Under the pieces are notes generated by a model. It had not been told where the DNA came from. It made no database searches and worked only from the letters and a program-made list of their open reading frames with translations. A DNA stretch of 64,000 nucleotides from the human T2T-CHM13v2.0 reference genome, Homo sapiens. Below are positions 17,067 to 32,920 of this stretch, in pieces. The position numbers were made by a program, and so were the translations under genes. The stretch's first letter is position 1. Each line of letters starts with the position of its first letter. The DNA is taken from assembly GCF_009914755.1 (NCBI RefSeq), contig NC_060926.1; one strand, written 5' to 3'.

Positions 17067-17164
17067 GTTGTGTGTTTTAAGATGTGATTCATCTCATATG
17101 AATCAATGCTTCTCTAGCTGCTCTCTCTGTTTAGTAATATAATATGAACCTCTCACTGTATACA

Positions 17165-18252
17165 TTTTTTTTTAAGTTCCGGTATACACGTGCAGATTTG
17201 TCACATAGGTATATATGTGCCATGGTGGTTTGCTGCACCTATCAACCCGTCATCTAGGTTTTAAGCCCTACATGCATTAGGTGTTTGTCCTAATGGTCTC
17301 CCTTTGCCCCCGACTCCCCGTGTGTTCTCATTGCTCAACTCCCACTTATGAGTGAGAACATGCGGTATTTGGTTTTCTGTTCCTGTATTAGTTTGCTGAG
17401 GATGATGGCATCCAGCTTCATCCATGTCCCTGCAAAGGACATGACATCATTCCTTTTTATGGCTGCATAGTATTCCATGGTGTATATGTACCACATTTTC
17501 TTTATCCAGTCTATCATTGATGGGCATTTGGGTTGGTTCCATGTCTTTGCTATTGTAAGTACTGCTTCAATAAACATACATGTGCATGTGTCTTTATAGT
17601 AGAATGATTTATATTCCTTTGGGTATATACCCAGTAATGGGATTGCTGAGTCCAATGGTATTTCTGGTTCTAGATCCTTGAGGAATCACCACACTGTCTT
17701 CCACAATGGTTGAACTAATTTACATTCCCACCAATAGTGCAAAACCATAAAAACCTCAGAAGAAAACCTAGGCAATACCATTCAGGACATAGGCATGGGC
17801 AAAGCCTTCATGACTAAAACACCAAAAGCAATTGCAACAAAAGCCAAAATTGACAAATGGGATCTAATTAAACTAAAGAGCTTCTGCACAGCAAAAGAAA
17901 CTCGCATCAGAGTGAGCAGGCAACCTACAGAATGGGAGAAAAATTTTGCAATCTACCCATCTGACAAAGGTCTAATATCCAGAATCTACAAGGAACTTAA
18001 ATTTACAAGAAAAAAACAAACAATCCCATCAAAAAGTGGGCAAAGGAAATGAACAGACACTTCTCAAAAGAAGATATTTATGTGGCCAAGAAACATATGA
18101 AAAAAAGCTCATCATCACTGATCATTAGAGAAATGCAAATCAAAACCACAATGAGATACTACCTCATGCCAGTCAGAGTGACGATTATTAAAAAGTCAAG
18201 AAACAATAGATGCTGGCAAGGCTGTGGAGAAATAAGAACGCTTTTACACTGT
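17165..18252 (-). mobile_element. L1PA insertion with 5' inversion (antisense 17165-17740, inverted sense 17741-18252)
   Basis: Poly-T then 3' UTR antisense, orientation switch at ~17741; TSD CACTGT(A/T)TACATTT at 17154-17167 and 18247-18260. Confidence 0.92.
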
Positions 18253-18638
18253 TTACATTTCTACAAAACTGTTTTTAATCATGAATGATATTCTTTTTTA
18301 TTAAAATACCATCTTTTTGGGGGTCAATTTTTTTTCTAAATCTGCTTCCCCAGAGCTATGACTCTTGATCTAATGTCTTTGAGACCTTTATATATATTTT
18401 ATATGAGTCTTAGAAACAGTATTTATAGAATATATCACATATGCACACTCATGTATTTGGTACAGATGATGCATATAACAGCTTACAACACATAATTGTG
18501 TGGACATTTCTTTTTGGTTTTTGGCTCAAGAATATATTATGGCCATCATTCAATGTGAAGACCTGCAAAGATAGTAAACCTCATTCATTTTAATGGTAGT
18601 ATTGTATCCTATAGGATACATCAGAATTTGTGTATTTG

Positions 18639-18976
<338 letters not shown>

Positions 18977-19632
18977 TCATTTTATTTAGAATGGATGCAT
19001 CATAATGTAGTTATCATGGTGAGGAACACGGGTTGCCTTTAAACTTTTCAGTGTTACACATAGTGTTAGAATACACATCCTTATTCGGTATATTTTGTAT
19101 ACTTAGAGGAGTGTTTCTGTGGGATAGTTTCTTAGAACCTTTTGATTCTTAGATAATTAATTCAAGTATTAGCTCTGTGGAGCTGTTTCTGATCGCTCAT
19201 AGGCAGAGTTCATTAGTCATTTGCCTGTATTCTCATAATACTTTGTAGATTCTTTTTATAATACTTATGTTTTATTTTCATTTTTAATTTACATGTTTGT
19301 TTTCCCACTTGATAGTCAGCTCTTCACCTGAGAATAGGGAGGGAAGAGGATGCAGCCCAGTGCCCAGCTCATAGCAGTGCTTACAGATTCTCCTGACATT
19401 TAAATTATTTAGTGTTGTCTGGTTGCTCCTGCTTTGTTCTACAGGTTAAACTCCATCTATCTGCATAATCAGATTGATAGAAATGTTCAATCTGAGGTTG
19501 AGGATTACATGATGATTAAGGATGAGGTAATTATGTAGTTGTGTATGTGTGTGTGTCTTTTAAGAAAAAATGGGAGGTACACAGAAACTGTGTAAGTTGG
19601 AAATTTACCATTTATAATTCTTTCCTTTCTAG

Positions 19633-19803
<171 letters not shown>

Positions 19804-19928
19804 TAGTGTTGTTTACATTGCTTTAAATTTTATACTTTTAAAACTTTGCGGTATACATTTATTATTTATTTTGTATTACTTAGGGTAATTTATTTATAAA
19901 TTTGGCTTAGAATGAACCTTCAATTTAA

Positions 19929-20111
<183 letters not shown>

Positions 20112-20184
20112 TAGTGTAATTCTAAATGCATTTTTCTTTTTTCGTTAATGTTCTGAAAAAAACTTTTTAAAAAACTAAAATTTT

Positions 20185-20587
<403 letters not shown>

Positions 20588-20683
20588 TGCCCCAGCAGCT
20601 TCCGATTGGAAAATGCAAATTGTTTTTATTTAAAGATGGTGAGAAAGTGTTTTCATTAAAATATGTTTTCAAAACCATTTTCA

Positions 20684-21015
<332 letters not shown>

Positions 21016-21114
21016 TTACTACAGACTTGGAGATTTTAGTTTAATTTGGTTTAATTCTCTGTCCTTTCCCTTTCACTGTTTCACTCCAAAACATGTAAGA
21101 ATGGCAATGTTTGA

Positions 21115-21541
<427 letters not shown>

Positions 21542-22526
21542 TGAACACTGTGCAAGGTGTTGGAGAAATCCAAAGCTGACCAAAACATGGTCCCCACCTT
21601 TTGGAGCTTACAGTCTGTTCTGGGGAACAGAGATTCAGCCAAAGTCAAGAAACACTGGATGCCAGCTAGATTATCTGTTCTGTGCTTTGGTGTCTATAAG
21701 TACATATGTGGATATGGGTTCATTTTATCCCTAAACTTAGTACCAAACCAGCATTTAATATCTAATTATAAATCTAATTTGGCCTAAACTTTATTATTGC
21801 ACACTGCCTGAACAAAACCTATTTGTCTCTATGTAAATTTTTTCCTCATGGAACAAGGGTGTGAAATGAAAATATTTTAGGATTTATTCAAAAACAGACT
21901 ATTCTGTTTTCAGCTTCAGAATTGTTCTTTGAATCCTAAGGAACCTCTGTCAACAGTTGAGGTTGCTGTTGAAAAGAAAGAAGAAGGAGGCGGAAATCTC
22001 TCAGGGAGAATTATTTCCTTTCTTTTCTATTTTAGATACCTGGAGGGGTGGGGAGAAGTAAGAATTGTAAGGGAGGTTCAGTAGTGGGGAATTCTGTGAC
22101 AGCTGATTGAAGATGATGATGAAGAACCTCTGCATTCTAGTTACCCTTTGCTTCCCTTCACCTCTTGTAAAATTTGGCTTGGCAACAATGACATTGTCAT
22201 GCTTATTGTCCCAATATCCATCCTGTCGTAGATCTTAATGTTTTTGATCGTTGCGTTAAAGTGGAAGTGCCACCCACAGTGAAACCAGATCCCATTAATA
22301 AATAAGCTTAAAGGCAACTGCAGTTTTAATTCCATAGTTATTGAATATCCAGTGTGTGTAAGGCCTGGAGGGGAGCCAAAGGACACTAACTTCTAAGAGC
22401 TCCGTCTAGTTGGAGAGAAACCTGTGTGCCACAACATACAGTGTCCTTGCTTATGTGGGGTCGAAGACATCTGTGAAAATAAAAGCAGCCTCTGCTAATT
22501 TAGCGCCATCTCTTTTACTGTGCTAA

Positions 22527-22825
22527 TTTTTTTTTCTTTAGAGACAGGGTCTCACTCTGTCGCCCAGCCTGGAGGGCAGTGGTGTGATCGTAGCTCACTA
22601 TTACCTCCAACTCTTGGGCTCAAGTGATCCTCCCACCTCAGCCTCCTGAGCAGCTAGGACTACAGATACATGCCACCGCTCCCGGCTAGTATTTTTTAAA
22701 ATTTTTTGTAGAGCCAAGTGTTGCTATGTTGTCCACACTGATCTGGAGCTTCTAATCTCAAATGATTCTCCTGCCTCAGCCTCCCAAAGTGCTGGGAATA
22801 CAGGTGTGAGCCACCATACCTGGCC
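22527..22825 (-). mobile_element. AluJ, antisense
   Basis: Full dimer; TSD TTACTGT(G/A)CTAAT. Confidence 0.92.
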
Positions 22826-23029
22826 TTACTGTACTAATATTAATATTGTGTAAATAGGGGAAAATACCATGGTTAATTTTTACTCAAACAGTAAGAAAGT
22901 TTGAGTAACTAATTTTAATCTCAACAGCCCATAGCTAGAAGAGGGGATCTAAATGTTAAGTTGAATATTTAGAAATAAAAGTGTCTACAAGAAGAAAAGT
23001 CTTTAGTGAAAATATGGGCATAGGCCAGC

Positions 23030-23512
23030 AGCATTAGCTTTCTATTGCTGCAGAACAAATTACCACAAACTTAGCTGCTTAAAACAACACACACTTATTG
23101 TCTCACAATGTTTGTGGGTCGGAAGTCTAGGCGTGGCTTAGCTGGGTAGTCTGTTTAGGATCTCAGTGCTGGAAAAACGTGTCTGGCCAGGTGCTCATTG
23201 TAGCTTTGACAGGGAAGGGATCTGCTCCCAAGCACTCTCAGGTTGTTGGCAGAATTTGTTTCCTTATGGCTGTAGGATTCATGGCAAGTTGCTTCTTCCA
23301 AAACCAGCATTGGAGACAGACTAGCAAGATGGGCACTACACTCTTAGATAATCAAATAAATGCAATCATGTGCCTCGTGTCACCTTTTTTGCATTCCATT
23401 CATTAAGAACAAGTTGCAGTTCCTACCTACACTCAAGGAAGGGAGGAATTACACAGAAGTGTGACCACAGGAGGCAGGGCTCATGGAGGCCTCCTTAAAG
23501 TCCCCCAGCCAA
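23030..23512 (-). mobile_element. MLT1-type MaLR LTR
   Basis: 'ttctattgctgcagaacaaattaccacaaacttagctgcttaaaacaac' is the MLT1 antisense start. Confidence 0.8.
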
Positions 23513-24506
23513 ACCTGAAAAGTCAATCCTGGACCTTATCATAGTGGCTGTATAGTTTAGAAGGTTTCTTCAGATTGGCATTCCTTTGCCTCATATCATC
23601 ACTTCAAAACCCTATAAGGGTTTGTTCCTCGGTCTTGACTTTGTGTCTTTGAGGATTGCTTTGTTTAGTGTCACCTGCCTTCTTTCAGGAGGTTTTGCCT
23701 GACATCTGGTGGTGACCGTGGCCACCAAGTCAACCCAAACACTACCTTTAAGGACGACTGCAGTTCTCTTAGGGTCTCCTCAATCTAAAATTGTACCTCT
23801 TTCAGGCCAAACACCTATTTTCTTCATTTTTTTTTTCTCATAAGAATGCTAGCTAGTATGCCTATTATCTAACTGGCACAGTTTCACCAAGGACAGTTTG
23901 GAACTACACAGGCCATTTTAGGGAGATTTTGACATGAACAAGATTGCTTCTTTGGGAGGTACCTTAAAATGAAAAGCAAAGAAACTTCCATGCGGAGATT
24001 GTCTTGTTTTTCTCAAAATGGGATAATTTTGCTTAACATAAGTAGTATCCCTTCCTTCCTTTCCATACTTTGAGAATTAATAAGGACTAGCTTTTTGATC
24101 ACACAGCTTGATAAAATTTTCAAGGGTCCAAATTACTGTCTAAACCATTTGCCACTCTTTGTGTATATTTGTCAAAATCTGCTTTTCTATATCAAAACTT
24201 TTCTCTCAAGACCTGAGGGAATTAATTAATAAGGAATCCTTGGAACACTGGAAATTCTAAAATAAGAGTCAGATACAAAACACTGGTCACTAAAATTCTT
24301 ACCTTTATGTATTAGAATGGCAATCAATGAACAAACTGAAAATGTCTTTGGATATTATTTCTGTTTATTTTTTGCCTCAAAATTATTAAATGACATGAAA
24401 TAAGTGCTCAAGAAGAAAAATAAACAATTCTTCATTTCCTGTTCTCTAGTTTTCCGTATTACCTGGAAAAAAGAAAATTTGTTGGTCACTTTAAAGATAA
24501 TATAAA

Positions 24507-24690
24507 CAGCTGAACATGGTGCACACCCCGACTCCCCACCCCACTCCCATGCCTGTAATCCTAGCGCTTTGGGATGGCAAGATGGATCACTTGAGTCTAG
24601 GAGTTTGAGGCTGTGATGAACTATGATTGCACCACTGCACTCCAGCCTAGGCAACAGGGCGAGATCCTGTCTCAAAAAAGAAAAAAGAAA
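24507..24690 (+). mobile_element. FRAM/FAM-like Alu monomer
   Basis: Single right-arm-like monomer with A-tail. Confidence 0.7.
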
Positions 24691-24784
24691 AACAGAGCGG
24701 TACAATTACTGTCTCCCAAAAGATTATTTCCATTATTCTAGATTCACCAGTCCTCCATACCTCTTTTCTTTTTATTATAAAGCT

Positions 24785-26040
24785 GAACAGGCACTAGGGT
24801 ACTGATTGAACTAAGTGGAAATCACCAGGGGTCCATTGCTTATTTCGTAAGATCCAGTAGCCAAGACATACTCACCCCATCTGAGAACTATAGCAGTAGC
24901 AATAAAAGTGAAAACTTCAGTTGATTTAGTTCCAGGGTTTCCACTAAACTTGACAGCTTCCCATGCTGTGCTGTACAGGGTCTTCTACTGACAGTAAACT
25001 CGCAGGATTTTTCAGCTACTTACCTAGTCTCCCATGAATTTTGTTGCTTTGCTTTTACACATCACTGGCCTATATTACAACACTCTAAACTCAGCCACTT
25101 CCTTCACCCAAAAAAGCAACCGCCCATAATTGCTTACCCCTCTTAGGGAACGATCCATACCCTGCACAGACTTAGAGATTCCCTTGGAGAACTGATTTAA
25201 TTGTGGTTTTAGATTATTCACACTTAAAAAGTGAAACTAAAAATTGCCAAGTACAGTCAGGCGTGGTGGCTCATGCCTGTAATCCCAGCAACTTGGGAGG
25301 CTGAGGTGGGGGGATGGCTTGAGGCCAGGAGTTTGAGACCAGCCTGGGCAACATAGTGAGACCCCATGTCTAAAACAACAAAACAAAAAATTTTAACTTA
25401 GCTGGGTGTGGTAGCACATGCCTGTAGTCCCAGCTGCTGAGGAGACTGAGGTGGGAGGATTGCTTCAGCCTGGGATTTCAAGGCTGCAGTGAGCTATGAT
25501 TGTGCCACTGCACTACAGCCTGGGCGACAGACTCCCCTGGGGTGGGGCGGGGGGGAATGCTATGTAGACTATCATCATAGTCAAAGCTTTTCTCAGAAAT
25601 CGTATTCATTTAGTTTGGCTAAATTAATTGCCCCCTCCCAGATCTGCCAAGTTACAAAAGTAAATATTTATATTGATACAATAGGAGGTATTTGATGTGG
25701 GGGTAGTGTATGACTTTGCAATGCTTTAGAAACAACAACAAAAATCACCTGACCACTACAGGAACCCCTGTAGAATTGACAATGAATTAAAGAGCCTTGA
25801 CATGCTTTGCTGTTATGGAAGGAGATGGCCATAAGAAAAATGGAAATTAGCAAAACTATTTTGTGATATTACCCACAATAGCAGAGAAGAATTGGCAAAA
25901 GTATTGAACCAAGATTGATAGGGTAATTTAAGCATATTGCTGAGGATGTTTTGAATGTGTGTCCCACCTGCCAGTGACATAATCCTGACAAGATCGTTAT
26001 AACAGGACCTAGGAATCTTGAGGCCCATTGAACACCTTGA
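24785..26040 (+). mobile_element. Degenerate class I ERV pol remnant (RT connection, RNase H, integrase zinc finger), interrupted by AluJ 25255-25535
   Basis: 24851 translates DPVAKTYSPHLRTIAVAIKVKTSVDLVPGFPLNLTASHAV; 'LAKLIAPSQICQVTKVNIYIDT' resembles RNase H AELIAL...VNIYTDS; ~25960 'VCPTCQ*HNP'. Confidence 0.75.
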
Positions 26041-26501
26041 TTTTCTATCAGCTAGCCAAGGAGGACTTGATACTATCACAAACATTTCTTGCTGTACTTA
26101 CACACTACAGGGCAAGCAAAACAGAAAATATTAAGATAAACAAAAAAGCCACCTGACTCCCTAAAAGACCCATCTGGATTCTGGGACATGTTTCTTCACC
26201 TGGGTTTTATAATCTGGTATCCCAGCATTAAGACCCGTTATAAGACTCATCATCCTTTTGTTTCTGGTAATGGCCTGTTACAGTTGGTTGATGTACACTG
26301 TCCAAAATCTGGAATGCTGCTCTGTACCCACTGTCAAGTCAAAGGTCTCAACAGCTCATCCTGCAACAGGAGAAGGGATTAGCTCTAGCCCAACTACAGA
26401 CCATGCTTCCGGGACATCCTCCTGGTCTTGACAGTGGTGAAAATCTGGATGTCATGAATTCTGTGGCCTGACTTCACCTGCCCTTGACTAAAGAGGGGGA
26501 T

Positions 26502-27022
26502 TGAGGAAAAGAAAAAGCAACTTCTGACAGCCAGGAACTGGCCTGGAACTCTCAGGCCTTGGTGTTTCCAGGAGCTGGCCTGGCCTCACAGGTGGTGTTC
26601 TTCTGTTGAACATAAGGAATTTCACAGAACATCAACATCAGATAAAGCTGCACTGAATGTAATGGATCATGGCAAAAACAAGACCACTCTAGAGTCATGT
26701 CTGAGCACAGACCAAAACATGAATGTGATTCAAGTCACAAAAATAACCAAGCATCCACCTATTCTGGCTAATGTGGGTCACTGCAGCTTTGCCAATCACA
26801 GCTTGAGCTTCATTTCATTTCTCCCTCCTTCTAGGTAACATTGATTAAGATACCAATCACAGAATCATCTTTCTCCTGACAGCATCCAATCCAGAGCAAA
26901 ACCTACTTTTTGAAACACTCACCAAAATAACCTGATAAAAGCCCAGATCCTTTCCAAACCCCTCTTCCTGGACTGCTCCACATGGGGACATGGGGTGGTT
27001 CTCCTCACTGCAGTGAGCACAG
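26502..27022 (+). mobile_element. ERV1-class 3' LTR (MER89/MER90-like; name uncertain), 3'-truncated
   Basis: Polypurine tract AAAGAGGGGGA (26490-26500) immediately before TG; LTR-like body 'cacagaacatcaacatcag...gacagcatccaatccagagcaaa'. Confidence 0.7.
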
Positions 27023-27024
27023 GC

Positions 27025-27400
27025 CTTCACGTCTCAGTGGACCCGACCAGGCCTGTTTGTCACATCCCTGCTGGAGTGCCTCATGCAGGTCTGTTTGCCC
27101 ACTCTGTCCCCTGTCTAGGCTCCCAGCAATTATCCCTCATGGTCTCCTCCTGATTAATGGGCCCTGCCCCACCACACTTTTTCCACCCCATCCCTGGCTT
27201 TCCTTCTGCCAGCACAGCCTTCTCTACTGTTGCCCCAGCTGTTCTCAGACATTTTCTCACTCCCACCGTGGTGGTAAGACTTACCACCTCTGCTCCAGAG
27301 TCTCAGGCCACTGTGTCCTCTTCACCATCCATCCGACCCCTACCATGTGCTTCCTCATCTTGGCCACCAGGGTCTTCTTGGTCATCAGACCCTACTTCTT
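27025..27400 (+). pseudogene. SPATA31/FAM75-like relic, fragment 1
   Basis: Pro/Ser-rich frame ending ...SSWSSDPTS at the L1 TSD and rejoining fragment 2 in frame; 'RLSGPD..VC..PAG' near the start. Confidence 0.55.
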
Positions 27401-27597
27401 TTTTTATTATTATTTTTAATTATTATGGATACATAATAGCTGTATAAATGTATGGGATACATGTGATGTTTTGATACAGGCACATAGTGTGTAATAATTG
27501 TATCCAGGTAATTGGTGTATTCACCACCTCGAGCATTTATTATTTCTGTTAGAAACATTCCAATTCAATTTTCAGTTATTTTTAATTATACAAGAAA

Positions 27598-27860
27598 AAT
27601 TTGGGAGGCTGAGGTGGCAGGATCACTTGAGGCCAGGTGTTCAAAACCAGCCTGGGCAACATAGCAAGACCCCGTCTTTACAAAAAAAATTTTAAAAATG
27701 AGCTGGGTGAGGTGGTGCACACCTGTAGTCCTAGCTACTCAGGAGACTGAGGCAGGAAGATCACCTGAGCTCAGAATTTGAGGCTGCAGTGAGCTATGAT
27801 TGTGCCACTGCACTCTGGCATGAGCAACAGAGTAAGACACTATCTCTAAAAAATAAAAAA
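27598..27860 (+). mobile_element. AluJ (5'-truncated) within L1
   Basis: Alu dimer lacking the first ~35 nt. Confidence 0.85.
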
Positions 27861-28944
27861 TATGTATATAATAAATTATTGTTGACTATGGTCACCCTGT
27901 TATGCTAATACTAGATCTTATTCACTCTATATTTTTGCACTCATTAACCATCTATACTTTTTCCCCCATCCCCACTACCCTTCCCAGTCTCTGGTAACCA
28001 TTATTCTACTATCTCTATGATCTCAATTGTTTTAATTTTTGCATATGAGTGAGAACAAGCAAAATTTGTCTTTTTGTGCCTGGGTTATTTCACTTAACCT
28101 AATATCCTACAGTTCCATCTATATTGTTGCAAAAGTTGGGATTCCATTTTTATGGCTCAATAATATTCCATTGTACATACGTACCACATTTTCTTTATCC
28201 ATTCATCCACTGATAGACACTTAAGTTGATTCCAAATCTTGGCTATTGTGCAGTGTAAATGTAAATCTGCACTCCATGCAATAAACATGGAGTGCAGATA
28301 TCTCTTCAATATACTGGTCTTTCTTTTGGATATATACTTAACAATGGCATTACTGGATCATATGGTAGCTCTATTTTTAGTTTTTTGAGGAACCTCCATA
28401 ATGTTCTGCATAGTGGCTGTACTAATTTACATTCCCACCAACAGTGTACAAGGGTTTCCCTTTCTCCACATCTTTGGCAGCATTCGTTATTGTCTGTCTT
28501 TTGGATAAAAGCCATTTTAACTGGAGTTAGATATTATCTCATTGTAGTTTTAATTTGCATTTCTCTGATGATTAATGATGTTGAACATTTTCTCACCTAC
28601 CTGTTAGCCATTCGTATGTCTTCTTTTTTTTTTTTTTTTTGAGAAATGTCTAATCAGATATTTTGCCCATTTTAAAATTGGATTATTTGATTTTTTCCTA
28701 TTGAGTTGTTTAACCTCCTTATATATTCTGGTTATTAATCTCTTGTCAGATGGGTAGTTTGAAAATATTTTCTCCCATTCTGTCGGTTGTCTCTTCACTT
28801 TGTCGATTATTTCTTTTGCTGTGCAGAAGCTTTTTAGCTTGAAGTGATCCCTGTTACCCATATTTGCTTTTGTTGCTTGTGCTTTTGAGGTATTACTCAA
28901 GGAGTCTTTGCCCAGATCAATGTCTTGGAGCATTTCCTTAATGT

Positions 28945-29230
28945 CCTTCTCTTCTCTTCTCTTCTCCTCTTTTCTCTTCCTTTTTCCTTTATTTATTTAT
29001 TTCTCTTTTCTTCTCTTTCTTTCAACAAGGTCTCACTCTGTCTCCCAGGCTGGAGTACAGTGGTGCATTCATAGCTCACTGCAACCTTGGACTCCTGGGC
29101 TCAAGTGATTCCCCAATCTCAGCCACCTGAGTAGCTGGGACTATAGGTGTTAGCCACCACACCTGGCTATTTTTATTTTATTTCTGTAGAGACAAGGTCT
29201 TACTATGTTGCCAAGGCTGGTCTTGAATTC
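28945..29230 (-). mobile_element. AluJ (truncated), antisense, with CT-rich tail
   Basis: Right arm plus part of left arm. Confidence 0.85.
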
Positions 29231-29767
29231 CCAATGTTCTCTTTTAGTAGTTTCATAGTTTCAGGTGTCAGATTTAAGTCTTTAAGCCACTTTGATTTGA
29301 TTTTTTTATATGGTGAGAGATAGGGGTCTAGTTCATTATTCTGCATATAGACATCTAGTTTTCCCAGCACCATTTATTGAAAAGACTGTTCTTTCCCCAA
29401 TGTATGTTCTTGGCAGCTTTGTCAAAAATGAGTTCATTGCAGATGTGTGGATTCATTTCTGAATTCTCTACTGTTACATTGGTCTATGTGTCTGTTTTTA
29501 TACCAGTACCATGCTGTTTCGGGTCTCTAGTTCTACAATAAACTTCAAAGTCAGGCAATGTATTTTTCTGGTTTTGTTCTTTTTGTTCAGGATGGATTTG
29601 GCTATTCTGGATCTTTTGTGGTTCCATATAAATTTTAGGATAATTTTTTCTATTTCTGTGAAGAATGTTATTGGTATTTTGATAGGGATTGCACTGAATC
29701 TGTAGATTGGGTAATATGAACATTTTAACAACATTGATGTTTTTCAATCAATGAACATGGAATATCT

Positions 29768-31077
<1,310 letters not shown>

Positions 31078-31490
31078 TATCTTTCCATTTTTTGTGTGTC
31101 CTCTTCCATTCTTTCATATGTGTTTTATAGTTTTTATTGTAGAAATATTTCACATGGTGAGCCACCCTGGCATCCCAGGGATGAATTTCACTTGGTTATG
31201 ATGAATGACCACTTTCATGTGTTGTTGAATTCAGTTTGCTTGTATTTTATTGAGATTTTTTGCATCTATGTTCATCAGAGGTATTGCCCTGTAGTTTTCT
31301 TTTTTAGTATGTCTTTGTCTGTTTTTGGTATCAGAGTAATACTGGCCTTATAGAATTCATTTGGAAGTATTCCCTCCTCCTTGATTTTTTTGTAATAGTT
31401 TGAGTAGGATTCATTTTAGTTCTTCTTTAAATGTTTGGTAGATTTCAGCAGTAAAGGAATCAGATCCAGGGCTTTTCTTTGCTGGAAAAC

Positions 31491-31790
31491 TTTTTTTTTT
31501 TTTTTTCAGACGGAGTCTTGCTCTGTCACCCAGGATGGAGTGTAATGCCACGGTTTCAGCTTACTGCAATCTCTCTGCCTCCTGGCTTCAAGCATTTCTC
31601 CTGCCTCAGCCTCCCGAGTAGCTGGGACCACAGGTGCGTGCCACCATGGCTGGCTAATTTTTGTACTTTTAGTAAAGACGGGGTTTCACCATGTTGACCA
31701 GGCTGGTCTTGAACTTCTGACCTCAAATGATCCACCTGCTTCGGCCTCCCAAAGTGCTGGGATTACAGGCGTGAGCCACTGTGCCCAGCC
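31491..31790 (-). mobile_element. AluS, antisense
   Basis: Full dimer; TSD (T)GGAAAACTTTTT. Confidence 0.92.
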
Positions 31791-32117
31791 TGGAAAACTT
31801 TTTACTATCTCTTTGATCTTGTTACTTGTTATTGGTCTATTCCGGTTTTGGATTACTTCATGTTTCAATCTTGTATGTATCTAGGAATTTATCCATTTCT
31901 TCTAGGTTTTCCAATTCATTGGCATATAGTTGCTCATAGTGCTTTCTAGTGATCCTTTGAATTTCTGTGGTATCAGTTGTAACATCTCTTTTTAAAATCT
32001 CTGATTTCATTTATTTTAGTTTTCTCCCTTTTTTCTTAGCAGGATAAAAGTTTCTCAGTTTGTTTATCTTTTCAAAAAAAATCAGTTTTTCATTTCATTT
32101 ATTTGTTCATTTATTCT

Positions 32118-32427
32118 TTTTTTTTTTTTTTTTTTTTTTGAGACAGAGACTTGCTCTGTCTCTGTCACCCAGGCTGGAGTGCAATGGCACAATCTCAGCT
32201 CACTCTAACCTCTGCCTTCGGGGTTCAAGTGATTCTCATGCCTCTGCCTCTTAAATAACTGGGATTACAGGTGCACATCACCATGCCCAGCTAATTTTTG
32301 TGTTTTTAGTAGAGATTGTGTTTCACCATATTGGCCAGGCTGGTCTCGAACTCCTGAGCTGAAGTGGTCAGCCCTCATTGGCCTCCCAAAGTGCTAGGAT
32401 TACAGGCATAAGCCACCATGCCCAGCC
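32118..32427 (-). mobile_element. AluS, antisense
   Basis: Full dimer. Confidence 0.9.
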
Positions 32428-32548
32428 TGTATTTTTTTTTTTTTTTAGTTTCACTTTTGTTTATTTATGCTCTGATCTTTATTTTTTTTCCACTAATTTT
32501 GGATTTGGTTTGCTCTTGCTTTTCTAATTATTTAAGATGTATTGTTAA

Positions 32549-32920
32549 TGTATTAGTTTGTTCTCACACTGCTATAAATATACTACCTAAGACTGAGTAA
32601 TTTATAAGCAAAAGAGGTTTAATTGACTCACAGTTCCACATGGCTGTGGAAGCCTCAAGAAACTTACAATCAGGGTGGAAGGTGAAGGGAAAGCAAGGCA
32701 CATCTTACATAGAAGTAGGTGAGAGAGAGAGAGTGTGTGTGCAGGGGAAGAGCCACACACTTATCAAACAACCAGTTATCATGAGAATTCTATCACAAGA
32801 ACAGCAAGCGGTAAGACCACCTCCATGATTCAGTCACCTCCAACCAGGCCACTCCTCTAACATGTGGGGATTACAATTCAAGACAAGATTTGGGTGAGGA
32901 CACAGAGCCAAACCATATCA
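32549..32920 (-). mobile_element. MST/THE1-type MaLR solo LTR
   Basis: TGTATTAGT...GCCAAACCATATCA termini. Confidence 0.88.
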
